Source of the DNA: Octopus vulgaris
Taxonomy: Eukaryota
Assembly: GCA_951406725.2 (NCBI GenBank)
Contig: OX597820.1
Location: 112,654,001 to 112,718,000 of the forward strand
Direction: 5' to 3'
Length of the DNA: 64,000 nt
The position numbers and the translations under genes were made by a program. The notes under the pieces were generated by a model. The model was not told the DNA's origin. It saw nothing but the letters and a program-made list of their open reading frames with translations, and ran no database searches. Positions 49,741 to 62,339 of this stretch are shown here, in pieces (positions within the stretch are counted from its first letter, which is position 1; each line of letters starts with the position of its first letter).

Positions 49741-49821
49741 CATTATAACTCACCACGTGGGGATAATCAAAATTCCTCTTTTCTGTTGCTACTATATATA
49801 TATATATGTAAATATATAGGT

Positions 49822-50558
49822 ACAGGTGTGACTGTGCAGTAAGAAGCTTGATTCCCAACTACAAGGTTCTGAGTTCAGCCTCACTGTGTGGCCATCTTCG
49901 GCAAATGTCTTCTGCTATAGCCTCAGGCTGACCAAAGCCTTTAGAGTGGATTTTGTAGACAGAAACTGAAAGAAGATCATCATGTATATATGTTTATGTG
50001 TGTGTGTCTCTCTGTGTTTGTCCCCTTGCAGTCACTTGACAACTGCTGCTGGTGTTTGTTTGTTTGTTTGTTGAGCAAAGCGGTCTTTGTCCCAGTAATG
50101 GGAAAGTCCGAAACGTGGTCCTTTGCTATTCGTAAGACCTGCAGAAGAGAAAGCAGGTCAACCCCTGACACCAAGAGCATTGACGGATGGATGAATGCGC
50201 ATCCAGGCTCAGCGGTTGCATAGGAAGTCGGGGACAAGAAACAGGAAGAAAGAGTGAGAGAAAGTTGAAGCGAAAGAGTACAACAGGGGTCGCCACCACC
50301 CCCTGCTGGAGCCTCGTGGAGCTTTAGGTGTTTTCACTCAGTAAACATACACAACACCCGGTCTGGGAATCAAAACTGTGATCTTCCAACCACGCTGCCC
50401 TAAACATTGGGCCATTGTGCCTCCACTGCTGCTGGTGTAATTATGTCTCTGGCAAAAGAGATCAAGAAGCTGACAAAGAATAAGTCCTGGCATTGATTTC
50501 TTTGACCAAAATCCTATAAGGATGCAGTAAAATGACTGAAACAAGTAAAAGAATAAAA

Positions 50559-50560
<2 letters not shown>
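49822..50560 (+). mobile_element. SINE family C interrupted by another SINE
   Basis: Head at 49822-49980, 3' half at 50425-50560. Confidence 0.8.
50056..50424 (-). mobile_element. tRNA-derived SINE (GGAGGC head, CAAA tail)
   Basis: TSD ACTGCTGCTGGTGT at 50042-50055 and 50425-50438; homologous to 7484-7813. Confidence 0.9.
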
Positions 50561-50604
<44 letters not shown>

Positions 50605-51430
50605 ATATATGTATATATCTGTACATACAGATACCAGTAAGAGTACTTTATGTCACATTCCACTCCCACACATTGTTTACATAGTAAGAGTCATACAGCT
50701 GACTAAAACAGCTTTCAGTTCTGCAACTGGAATCACAAACTAACTATTCACCAGTTCAGCACCACTGACACCTCCTTTGCCAGGACTATCAGCACTATCA
50801 TATGCTGGGTGGAGATAATGATGGCAGGTTGGTCTCTGTTCACAAATGGAACTTAACACTCAATTATCCACTGAAAGTTTTATTTATTTAACCGTTTTAT
50901 TTTGTTTTGTTTATAGTTCCAATTTTAAAGCTTTAATTTTACGAGCTTGCATTCCCTCATTTTACAGAGGAAAAAGATCCGTTATTTTTCTCATTTCTGC
51001 AGTATTTAATATTTTCTGTCTGTCCCTTGGCGCTATATTGAATATTAATTATCTGGTTTTTTTTTCTTGTCAATGTATGAAATCATTGATGTAATGTTGC
51101 AATCATCTATAATGTTACCATTATTGTTATTTTTATTACTAAGATGACCAAATATTTTACAGCTGAGCTGTTCAGAAATAATAGAAAAGGGTGGGTGGCG
51201 GGGTGGAGGGAGGAAAAACAATTTAGTTATAATAGAAAATTTGTCCCAATTTTCGTACAATCTGAAAATCTAAAGCTACTTCTAAGAGTTAAATAGCTGC
51301 AAAAGTCCCTTGGTGGTCATTTGTTGAACAAGATATATTGTAATATTGTGTAGACACCATAAAGTATATAATACATGTTTTATTACAATAAACCTAAGCC
51401 AAGAATATATTGTTTGCAATAACTGTTTCC

Positions 51431-52245
51431 TTAATCGTTTTGATATCAACCTACCTGCCCAACACTGCCCCTTTTTCTGTGGTATAAAGTGCCCATTTTG
51501 AAGTGATCTAAGTTAAAACCTCCCATAAAAATTTCTTGCTAATTTAAGTTCCAAGCACCTGTGTATTAAGGACAAAGTTATTTTACTAAATTCTCCATTA
51601 TTTTTCAAAATTAATTGAAACAAAAGCTGTGTCGTTTAATAGATATATGGTAACAAAAGGGTTAAAGTGATCTAAATTTAAACCTTCCATCGAAATTTCA
51701 TGTTAATTTATGATCTAATCACCACTTTTTTTCTTTTTTCTCTTTTACTTGTTTCAGTCATTTGACTGTGGCCATGCTGGAGCACTGCCTTTAGTCGAGC
51801 AAATCGACCCAAGGATTTATTTTTTGTAAGCCAAGTACTTATTCCATTAGTGTCTTTTGCCAAACCGCTAAGTTACGGGGGTGTAAACACACCAGCATCA
51901 GTTGTCAAGCGATGTTGGGTGAACAAACACAGACACACAAACATACATACATACATACATACTTACATATATATATATACATATATACGACGGGTTTCTT
52001 TTGGTTTCCATTTACCAAATCCACTCACAAGGCTTTGGTCGGCCCGAGGCTATAGTAGAAGACACTTACCCAAGGTGCCACGCAGAGGGACTAAACCTGG
52101 AACAATGTGGTTCGTAAGAAGCTACTTACCACACAGCCACTCCTACGCCTATAATGTTTAATAATGACAAACATTTTACAGAATTCTTCCTTATTTTCAA
52201 AATAAATTGCATAAATTTAAAGGCAGTGTATTTCAATAGGATTAA
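51431..52245 (-). mobile_element. piggyBac-type MITE (two-unit form) interrupted by a SINE
   Basis: GGTAACAAAAGGGTTAA at ~51649-51665; second unit at 51666-51725 and 52151-52245. Confidence 0.65.
51735..52150 (-). mobile_element. SINE family C, full length
   Basis: Reverse complement of 14671-15085. Confidence 0.9.
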
Positions 52246-52446
52246 GAACTAACAGTAATTTGTTATTTACAGAGTACCAATAATAACATGATAGGTATCT
52301 CAGAACTCTAATGCCTGTCAGTTGGTACTTCAAATGATGATATTATAATGGGAAAAGAAAAACTCAAATGGAAGTAGATGAAAGTAACTAAAAATAATTC
52401 ATTTTGGATTGTTGGACATCTTCAATAGATCTGATATTAGAGGAGG

Positions 52447-52826
52447 AGCACTCCGTCGGTTGCGACGATGAGGGTCCCAGCTGATACGATCAACGGAACA
52501 GCTTGCTCGTGATATTAACGTGCAAGTGGCTGAGCACTCCACAGACACGTGTACCCTTAATGTAATTCTCGAGGAGATTCAGTGTGACACACAGAATGTG
52601 ATATGGCTGGCCCTTTGAAATACAGGTACAACAGAAACATGAAGTAAGAGCGAGAGAAAGTTGTGGTGAAAGAGTACAGCAGGGTTCACCACCACCCCCT
52701 GCCGGAGCCTCGTGGAACTTTAGGTGTTTTCGCTCAATAAACACTCACAACGCCCGGTCTGGGAATCGAAACCGCGATCCTATGACCGCGAGTCTGCTGC
52801 CCTAACCACTAGGCCATTGCGCCTCC
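52447..52826 (-). mobile_element. tRNA-derived SINE (GGAGGCGCAATGG head), full length, third tail type
   Basis: TSD AGATCTGATAT at 52427-52437 and 52829-52839. Confidence 0.9.
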
Positions 52827-53164
52827 ACAGATCTGATATATTCTGGTTATGTATGTTCATTCTAAATGAAATGATCTATTCAGAAATGATGTTCATTGTC
52901 CAAATTAAAATGTCTAAGATGTAGCGATGTGACAATTAAGGTCCATCATTTATCTTTCTTCACTGGGACTTGTGAAGGTCTTATTATTCATAAAATTAAA
53001 ACAAGGCTCTTTGCTTCTGGAGATATTTGAATTTTAGATAAACCTTGGAAGGTACAAAAATGCAAAATGAGTGACTTATCAACATGGCTAAAGAAGTTGG
53101 ACAGAAATGTAGAACTTCTTGAGCAATAAAACTGCTAAAAGAAATTCAAACCTGAGGCAAGAAT

Positions 53165-53439
53165 TCCCAACCATTTGGTTTTTGGTTCAGTCCTACTATG
53201 TGGCATCTTGGGGAAAGTTCTTCTACAATAGTCCCATGCCAATCTAAGACTTGGTAGACAGAAACTGTTTTTTTTTTTTGTTTTGTAGCATATTCAATGG
53301 TCGTGTAAATTCTACCTCACTGGTCTAATAAATCAGTTATGGAAGTGAAAGATGGAAATGTAGTCAGCTCAAACTTGAGACCATGTAGTTGCAAAGCAAA
53401 CTTCTTCACTGCATAGCTACACATGCTCCTATGTGTGTG

Positions 53440-53471
<32 letters not shown>

Positions 53472-53660
53472 TGTATGTATGTATGTATGTATGTATGCAT
53501 GCATGGTGATGCATACATGAAAATGTAAAAGAGCATGATAGAATAAGTAACAGGCCTGTAAAAAAAAAAATACTGGGGCCAATTTGTTCTGCTAAAAACC
53601 TTTCAAGGCAGTGCCCCAGCATGACCATTGGCCAATGACTGAAACAAGTAAAAGAAAGAC
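53165..53660. mobile_element. cluster of decayed SINE family C fragments around (ATGT)n
   Basis: + head at 53165-53270, - head at ~53375-53430, + 3' half at 53510-53660. Confidence 0.6.
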
Positions 53661-54158
53661 AACGCTCATCATCATCATCATCATCATCATCACCACCATC
53701 ACCATCACTATCATCATCATCACAATCATCATCATCACTATTCTCTTCTTCCTCCTCATCATCATCACCGCTGCCACCGCCACAACCACCATGATCAATG
53801 CAATAAAATAAAATAATAATAATAATAATAATAATAATAGTGATTATTATCATTATTGTAGTTATACCTTTAGAAAAACAGTTTCATCTGGACTGGATGG
53901 CTAAAATACATCAATAATTTACTCTTGCCTTATGTATGAAAATCTTGATTACATGTTGGTCCCCATTAGGATCACTGAAGCCAGCTGTTGTCTGACAAAT
54001 TAAAAGCAATTATTTGCAACTGCAGCTGCTTTCTTTGTAGTGATGCTGCACTTGATGCAAGATGTGTGGAACATGAGAGAGAAAGAAGACCACAGGAAGA
54101 AAAGTCAATAGTCCTTGGCATATGATACTCTTATGTTCACCACTGATGCTGCTGTTGC

Positions 54159-54159
<1 letters not shown>

Positions 54160-54200
<41 letters not shown>

Positions 54201-54231
54201 TAATAATAATAATAATAATAATGATGATAAT
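54160..54231. repeat. (AAT)n microsatellite (retroelement target)
   Basis: Direct reading. Confidence 0.95.
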
Positions 54232-54781
54232 AGATGCAGTACCAGGCAGTGGCTCTCATGGCTTCTGATCTTAACTGATTGGAAGTGTTATCATGTATAT
54301 TGTTTTGTCTTGGTATAAAAGATGGGCTACAGCAAATATTCTGCTCAATACCACAGATTTGCTTGTCAGTTGTTTGACCTAAACCAGTTGAGCATGTCCC
54401 TTAGTGGCTGACGATATGTGCATCTCTGATCATGAGCAGAAGTAGTGGGGGAGCATCATAGCCATGTGTTGAGAAGGATTCTTTGGGGTTTGAATAATTC
54501 ACCTCTGGAAACATGGGTGTTTCGTTCAACGTCCTTAAACAACCCTTATTCAGGGACCTTTTGAGCGGGATGGGTTACTCGATCTGAAGAAAATTCTAAC
54601 TGGGCTCCACCTGCAAGGTTATGTGCTGTTTATCTTGATATGAGATCACCATGTCGCGCACATATGGTTGTGATGCATGTGCCTGGTGTACCCTTATCAG
54701 ACGGGTAGTCATGATGGGTATACTGGGCTTCGTATATTTTACCCCAGTGTCACTTTGATGGCATGCTCTGCTCGCTCACTC
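54232..54781 (+). mobile_element. 550-bp non-coding insert bounded by (AAT)n on both sides; probable TAA-targeting retroposon 3' fragment
   Basis: Sharp boundaries with (AAT)n; ends CTCACTC-AATAAT; family unassigned. Confidence 0.5.
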
Positions 54782-54830
<49 letters not shown>

Positions 54831-57300
54831 GGTAGAAGATGTAAGATCTGCTCTCAGGAGGTCAAGCAAATGGAAGTCCTCAAAAAAGGATAAAATTCCT
54901 AACTTCTGGTTGAATGCCTTCCCAGAGAGCCATGAACTGTTAACAGAACTTTATAATGATGTTTTGCAACATCCTAGTAGGATGCCTGCCTGGCTAGTTT
55001 AACATTCCTGCTTCCAAAAAGTGAAGAAACAAATGAACCAAAAAACTATAGACCCTTAACCTGCTTAACAACTATGTATAAAACACTAACATCTGTCCTG
55101 ATGGAATATACCTATAGTTTTTTAACAGACAGCAGCATATTCCCCTAATGAACAGAAAGGATGTAAACGTGGATCCTATAGTTGTAAAGATCAGCCACTC
55201 ATCAATAGGATGATCTTAGAAGATTGTCACAAACGACACAAAAACTTATCAATAGCCTGGATAGACTATAAAAAGACTTTCGATAGCCTACCACATAGCT
55301 GGATTAAGAAATGCATGGAAATGTATAAAATAGCACCTACTCTGTGAAACTTTTTGTCTGTGAGTATGAGATCATGGAGAACCACACTAACTTTGAACAG
55401 TGACGATGAATCTCTAAATGCTGGTGATGTAAAAATTTCATGTGGCATTTTCCAGGGCGACTCACTACCACCACTCCTCTTTTGTTTAGCCTTAATACCT
55501 CCCTCAAAATTGCTCAATGACACACAGTACAGATATAAAATATTAGATAAAAATATAAATCATCTCATTTACATGGATGATTTAAAGCTCTTTGCAAAAA
55601 ATCACCAACAACTCAAGGGTTTACTAGCGATTGTTAAACAATTCAGTGATGACATCAGAATGCCTCGATAAATGTGCAAAAGCTACCTTTATCAAAGGAA
55701 AAATGACAGAAACATCTAATGTTAACCTTGACCAGCAGAATGTCATAAAAGAGTTAGACCCAGCGGAGAGCTACAAGTACCTAGGGGTAATTGAAGGGGA
55801 CGGAATAAGGCATTCAGTGATGAAGGAAAGGATCAGGAGAGAATGTTATCGCAGAGTAAAAGAGCAATCCTCAAGACAGAGCTGAATGCGAGAAACAGGA
55901 TCAAAGTGATCAATGCTTTAGCCATTCCAGTCATGACTTACAGTTTCAATATCGTTAACTGGTCAATTACTGAAATATGTTATCTTGTCAGAAAAATATG
56001 AAAACTGTTGACAATGCATAGAATGCACCACCCTAAGGCAGATATAGAACGACTTTATCTGCCAAGAAAAGAGGGAGGTCGTGGACTTTTACAACTGGCA
56101 ATAACAATGAAGATTGCTACAATTGGCCTAGACACCTACCTGAAAAACTCTGAGGACTGGATGTTAAAACTTGTCTCAAAACATGAAAACAAGAAAGCAT
56201 CATACTCAGTAACAAAACAGGCAATGGAATACCTAAGTGAATTCCGAATACAACAAATTTCGGAATTAGTCATACAAGAAACAAGCACAGAAAAAGCTAA
56301 GCACATGAAAACCTGTACTAAAACTGCTGCCTTAGATATTCTGAATGATAAATGGCAAGAAAAACCTCTCAATGGCAAATACCCAAAGAGAGCGAATAAT
56401 GCAGATGTTGACAAAGCCCTGACCCATCAATGGCTTATGGCCTCTGGCTTAAAATCTGAAACAGAAGGGTTTATCATAGCAGCTCAAGATCAATGCCTAC
56501 CTACAAGGAACTACCAGGCCAACATATTAAAGAACAGCAGTTGCCCAACATGTTGTGTATATCAACAACAAAATGAAACCATTGATCAATTTGTCTCCAA
56601 GTGCAGTCTTCTTGCACCTACAGAGTATCTCAACAGGCATGATAGAGCTGTACAATATATTCACTGGGTAATTTGCAAAAGCTTGGACTTGCTCCATGAT
56701 AAAAACTGGTGGGAATACAAACCACCTCCAGTGCTTGAAAATGACCACATCTCACTCCTCTGGAACTTCACCATTCAAACTGACAGAAAGATAGACGCGA
56801 ATAGGCCAGACATCATAGTGAAAGACTTCAGCCAAAAAACATGCCTCCTCATTGATATGACTGTACCAATAGATATAAACGTATCTGTCAAGACCTACCA
56901 AAAACTGAGCAAATATAAAGATCTGGAAATAGAAATGCAAAATGTGGAACCTGAAGACTAAAACAGTACCTGTTGTCATAGGGAATGATAGCAAAAGAGG
57001 CTGATTGCTACCTAACTCTGATACCAGGAAACCCAAAATTGGCAGAAATTCGAAAGATAGTGCTCATGGGAACTGCTCATATCCTGCGCAAAATACTTTC
57101 TATGTAATTTCAAACATAGAAAGACAAACATAATTTTCGTATGGTTTTTTAGGCATTCGCTAGTACAACACTAGATACAAAACCAAATATATGGCATCCT
57201 AGGCATAATACTAATACGAACTTCCAACCTGTTGTCTCTTGAGGTCCCTGGGTGAGACTTGGAGCCAGCTTGTGCAAATGTAAAGCAAAAGTCAAACATG
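54831..57300 (+). mobile_element. R4/Dong-clade non-LTR retrotransposon, 5'-truncated, disrupted
   Basis: RT motifs [33 protein letters not shown] (YMDD at 55570-55581), YKYLG; HPKADIERLYLPRKEGGRGL; decayed CCHC, RHD and RPD..D..KYKDL restriction-like endonuclease; (AAT)n on both flanks. Confidence 0.93.
56008..56961 (+). pseudogene. R4/Dong ORF C-terminal part (linker, zinc knuckle, restriction-like endonuclease)
   Basis: 317-aa ORF in the track; upstream RT broken by stops and frameshifts. Confidence 0.9.
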
Positions 57301-57343
<43 letters not shown>

Positions 57344-57344
57344 T

Positions 57345-57535
57345 GTTCTTTCCAATTCTAGTACAAGGTCAGCAGTTTTGATGGGAGGGAAAGTTGATTA
57401 CATCGACCCCAGTACTTGATTTGTACCTTATTATTGAAAAGATGAAGTGCAAAGTTGACCTCAGCAGAATTTGAACTGAGAGCATAAAGAGCTGGAAGAA
57501 ATGCAACTAAGCATTTTGTCCAACATGCTAACGAG
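57345..57535 (-). mobile_element. SINE family A, CpG-decayed
   Basis: AAAGTTGACCTCAGCAGAATTTGAAC. Confidence 0.8.
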
Positions 57536-57536
57536 A

Positions 57537-58325
57537 CAGGCCTTGAGTCTTTGATCCAGATAGTGAGAATATTCAGTAAAGATATTGATTTGCAGTTTGG
57601 GGTAAATAAGTGTGCAGTCCTAATTATGAAGAGAGGCTGGAAAGTAAATTCTCATGGCATAAAATTACAACACAACATCATTAGATAGATGTGGAATAAT
57701 GAGGAGAACAAATAGGATAATAGAAGGAGAAATGAAGGAGCCAGAGATACTCAAGAAGTGACTAAAGCAGGAGGAGAATACAAAGAGAAAAGGAAGAACA
57801 GCAGAACAAGCAAATGAAAAGAAATGGAACTACGTAGCCAATTCATGTGACCAACTGAGAATGCTGGAAATAAAGATTGCTGGCTCTGGCTGACAGATGA
57901 GAACTTGACATGAGACAGGAATGCTAACTGTAGCTGCTCAGGAACAAGCCCTTAGAACAAATCTGATAAAGGCAAAGATTGACAAAAGTCAGTCAGACAG
58001 CAAATACAGAATCTGCAGGAAAGCAGATGAAAGTATTTTTAAGTGAGTGCTGTACATGAAAAGAGTGCATTGGGATGTTAGCTAAGTATGTGGCTTCAAC
58101 ATAACAGAAAAGTGGTATGAACATGAACCAAAGGATGTGATAGAGAATGAAAATTACAAGATCTTGTGAGACTTCACCACAGAGACTGGCCATACTACAG
58201 AAGCAAGAAGACCAAAATAAAGAGTGTAAGATCATACATTTTCCAAAGATATTGGAAAAATGAGGAAATATCAGGATATAGCCAGAGTGGTGAGGTGACT
58301 GTGGAAGACCAAGGCAACAATTATT
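57537..58325 (+). mobile_element. older R4/Dong-type LINE fragment (different subfamily)
   Basis: LESLIQIVRIFSKDIDLQFGVNKCAVLIMKRG; WLWL; AAQEQALRTNLIKAKIDKSQSDSKYRICRKADES; ENENYKIL; KYQDIA. Confidence 0.8.
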
Positions 58326-58392
58326 AGCTAAATTAGCTTGCCACTAGTGTAATGATGATGAAGAAGATGATGCTGATGATGATGATGATAAT

Positions 58393-58607
58393 AATCCTTT
58401 CTACTATAGGCACAAGACCTGAAATTTTGGGGAAGGAAGTAAGTTGATTACATCAACCATAGTACTCAACTCGTACTTATTTCACTGACCCCAAAAGAAT
58501 GAAAGGTAAAGTTGATTTTAGTGGAATTTGAACTCAGAACCTAGCAAAGAACAAAATGTCACTAAACATTTTGCCTGGCATGTTAATGACTCTGCCTGCT
58601 TGCTACC

Positions 58608-58674
<67 letters not shown>

Positions 58675-59245
58675 CAACAACAATAATAATGATGATGATG
58701 CTTTCAAGTTTTGGCACAAGGCCAGCAATTTTAAATAAAGGTATGTTGATTACATCAACATCAGTACTTGACTGGTACTTTATTTTATCAACCCTGGAAG
58801 GATGAAGGCAAAGTTGATCTTGGCAGGATTTGCTTTCAGAATGTAAAGAACTGGAAGAGATGCTGCTAAGTATTTTGTTCAAAGTGCAAATGCTAAGGCT
58901 GGCTGGCTGCTGCTGTTGTTGTTGTTGTTGTGATGATGGTGGTGGTGGTTGTGGTGGTGGTGGTAGTGCTGTTGTTGCTGTCATCATCATCATCATCATC
59001 ATATACACAGGCACAAAGCCAACAATTTGAGGGAAGAGGAACAGTCTATTATATCAACAGCAGTATTGGATTTTACCAACCCTGGAAGGACAAAAGGCTA
59101 AATATTATTTTATTAACCTCTGAAGGACGAAATCACTCCAAGTCCAATAAAATAGCAAAACTTGATGGGATTTGAACCAGATTGTAAAGGTCTGCAGCTC
59201 TACACTGCAAGACAGTTTGCTGATCACTCTACCTGTTCAGCCAAC
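58393..59245 (-). mobile_element. three decayed SINE family A copies separated by (AAT)n/(TGG)n tracts
   Basis: Copies at ~58393-58607, ~58700-58905 and ~59008-59245. Confidence 0.75.
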
Positions 59246-59383
59246 CCAACAGATAATGAGCTACAGGTAAATACTTAATTAAGTAGACATTACCCTGTGG
59301 CTTACTAAAAAACTTTTAAACCTGCCAAATCCTGACTGTTAATTGGGTTATTCCTGTTTTGGTTGCTACTTCACCACCACAAC

Positions 59384-59437
<54 letters not shown>

Positions 59438-59547
59438 GATAAAAAAATGTTTGAAACTATTGTTATCATCATCATCAGCATTATAATCATCATCTTCATC
59501 TTTATTATTATCATTTTTCAAGATGTGTTGGTAAATTAGGTCTAAAG

Positions 59548-59957
59548 TTGGTGAACTAGCAGAACCATTAGCATGTCAAGTAAAATGCTTAGAAGCATTT
59601 CAACAGGCTCTTTACGTTCTGAGTTCAAATTCTGCCAAGGTGTTGACCTTTGCTTTCAGATTTGATAAAATAAAGTACCAGTTAAGTACTAGGGTTCAAT
59701 GTAATTGATTCCCCCCTCCCCTCAGAATTTGTGGCCTTGTGCCAAAATCAGAATTATTATTATTATGGCATAAGCAGGCAGAGCTGTTACTATGCCTGGT
59801 AAAATGTTTATGTTCTGCATTCAAATTTTGCTGAGGTCAACTTTGCCTTTCATCCTTTTGGGGTCGATAAACTAAAAACCAGTGAGATACTGGGGTCAAT
59901 GAAATCGACTTGTTCCCCCCCCCACCAATTTCAGGCCTTGTACCTACAATAGAAAGG

Positions 59958-59960
<3 letters not shown>
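59548..59960 (+). mobile_element. two tandem decayed SINE family A copies
   Basis: Copies at ~59548-59750 and ~59767-59960. Confidence 0.8.
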
Positions 59961-59992
<32 letters not shown>

Positions 59993-61072
59993 ATTTTACT
60001 TCAGGGAAGTTGTTTGGTGGCTAAGACTGAAAGGTCTGACTTTAACATAAAATTGCTGTGGAATTCTCTCATGACAATGTTGGATATGTTGTGTGTGTGT
60101 GTATTGGTGTTGTTGTTGCCTAGGTGAGCCCTGATTGAGTTGACTGTGATTAAAGGCATTCTTCTGGTTCTTCAAAGCCAAGTGTACCTAGAACTAGGTA
60201 CACTTGTCCTCTGAATCCATCCTTATTTTCTTAAAAAACAAAAGGGTTAGGGTTAGATTTGAGGGAGAATTGGTTGCTTTTTCTAACAGGTCAAGTGACA
60301 ATGTAGAACCTCCTTTGCTAACATATGTGCATATGGTGAGAGTGTGCATGTGTGCATGTTGGCATGTTTGTGCATGGCTGACTGTCTGTGTGTGAGCATG
60401 TGTGTGCATTTTTTTGTGTGTGTATGTACATGTGCATACAGCTGTGTGTGTGTTTGTTTGTTGATGGTGGAGGTTGTAAAGGCAGAGATAAGTGTGAACT
60501 AGGCACTACCAAAAGATGGAGTTAATAAGAACAGTGATAATAAGAGTCATACTGTGGGTAACAGTGGTAATAGCAGCAGATTGTTTATGTGGTTGGAATG
60601 GTAACAGCAATAGTCTAAGTAATGAAGGCAGCAGTAATGAGATAAAGACATCAGAGTTACTTTTAATTGTCACTATAGTGGTGATAATATGGTTGGCAGC
60701 AGTGGTGGTGGTCGTGGTAGGAGGGTGTTGGTGGTGGTGGTAGAAGTAGTGCTGACTGTAGGCAAGTGAGATTCAATTGGCTGTGATTATCCCATGCATT
60801 CTCAGCTAGCAGGCAGATTGTCTTAGCATGTAGATAAGACTTATCAACAATAATCGGTTGGAACTGATAACTGCACTGTAAATATTGCAACTGCACTATA
60901 TGTTCTTCCTTTTAATAGTTTAAGGATCAACCAGATTATTTTTATATTTCTGTGTTTCTATGAAATTGGTATTTAAGAAACTAGTGCCTCTAGGAAAACA
61001 ATCTTGACACCAATATAACATTTTTTAGTTGTTTTTTTTTTTATGAGGAAGGCAAAATTGCCAGTTAGTGCT

Positions 61073-61300
61073 ATACCTATTTCTTTATTACCCACAAGGG
61101 GCTAAACATAGAGGGGACAAACAAGGACAGACATAGGTATTAAGTCGATTACATCGACCCCAGTGCGTAACTGGTACTAAATTTATCAACCCCGAAAGGA
61201 TGAAAGGCAAAGTCGACCTCGGCTTTGCCTTTCATCCTTTTGGGGTCGATAAATTAAGTACCGGTTACGCACTGGGGTCGATGTAATCGACTTAATACCT
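61073..61300. mobile_element. SINE family A fold-back (inverted duplication) insertion
   Basis: Arms 61135-61216 and 61219-61300; TSD GTTAGTGCTATACCT at 61064-61078 and 61301-61315. Confidence 0.9.
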
Positions 61301-61444
61301 GTTAGTGCTATACCTTCTGGATACCATCATGAAACAGGGCAGGTATTCTTCAAAGTTAGATCTAGCTGGTGGAGAAAACGTGTAGTGGTTCTTTGTAAAC
61401 ACAACCTTTAACACTATTGTTACCATAATTCTTTTGAAACACAC

Positions 61445-61640
61445 TGCATCATCATCATCATTATCAGATTCATTTACTATCCATATTCCATGCTGACATG
61501 GGTTGGATAATATGACAGAATCTGATGAGGCTAAAGACTGCACCCAATGTTTGCTTTGGCACAATTTCTATGGCTGAATACCCTGGCTAATATCAACCAC
61601 TTTACAGCATGTACAAGGAGCTTTTTTTTTTGTGGCACTA
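61445..61640 (-). mobile_element. RTE-tailed SINE family D, decayed
   Basis: CATCATCAT...TTCCATGCTGACATGGGTTGGA. Confidence 0.65.
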
Positions 61641-61802
61641 GCAAGGATAAGGACCCCTTCAAATGAATGAGGTTACAGAAGAGAGGTGGTGGAGGCAACT
61701 TTATACAAGGGGATGAGGAGATAAGGTTTGAGAGAAGGGTCCTGAATAGAATAGGTATCACGTAATTACCCATATAATAGAAGAGAGGAAGGGAGTGGCA
61801 AG

Positions 61803-62095
61803 TCTGTTTCAATTAATTTTGAAAATTCTGAAGAACTTGGTAAAATAACTTACTCATTATTGAACTGCTGTTTGGAACATAAATTAATGTCAACTTTTGA
61901 TGGAAGGTTTTAATTTAGATCACTTTGAAACCTGAAGTTTGTATCATAGAAATATGGGCAAATACTTTTATTATTAAGCTGGTGTTTGGAACACAAATTA
62001 GTAAGGAATTTTGATAGGTTTTAAATGAGATCACTTAAAGCAGGAAGTTTGTTTCATAGAACAGTAGGTAGTCTCAGGCAGATTGGTAAAAGATT
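61803..62095 (+). mobile_element. piggyBac-type MITE fragments (two units)
   Basis: TGTTTGGAACA.AAATTA..GGTTTTAA..AGATCACTT occurs twice. Confidence 0.65.
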
Positions 62096-62339
62096 GTGAT
62101 TCCTTAGCAATATTTTCAATCCAGAGATTACAGTAAACTTATAAATTATGCTAGATGTTGTGTTCTTTCTTGGCATTGATATATCAAAATTGCTGTTAAG
62201 AGGTGGTAGTTTACTAATTCTGTGTTTGCGGTCAGTCATACTGTGCCATTTTTTTAGTTTATTATTGGTTCTGAGACATTGTGGGCTCATGCTCAGCTGG
62301 AGCATGGATTTATATTTTGAATGAGATTCTACCTTTAAA

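Noticed and set aside
53317-53853. 178-aa ORF with an acidic D/E tract
   Set aside because: Built from (ATC)n, (AAT)n and (ATGT)n repeats plus SINE sequence
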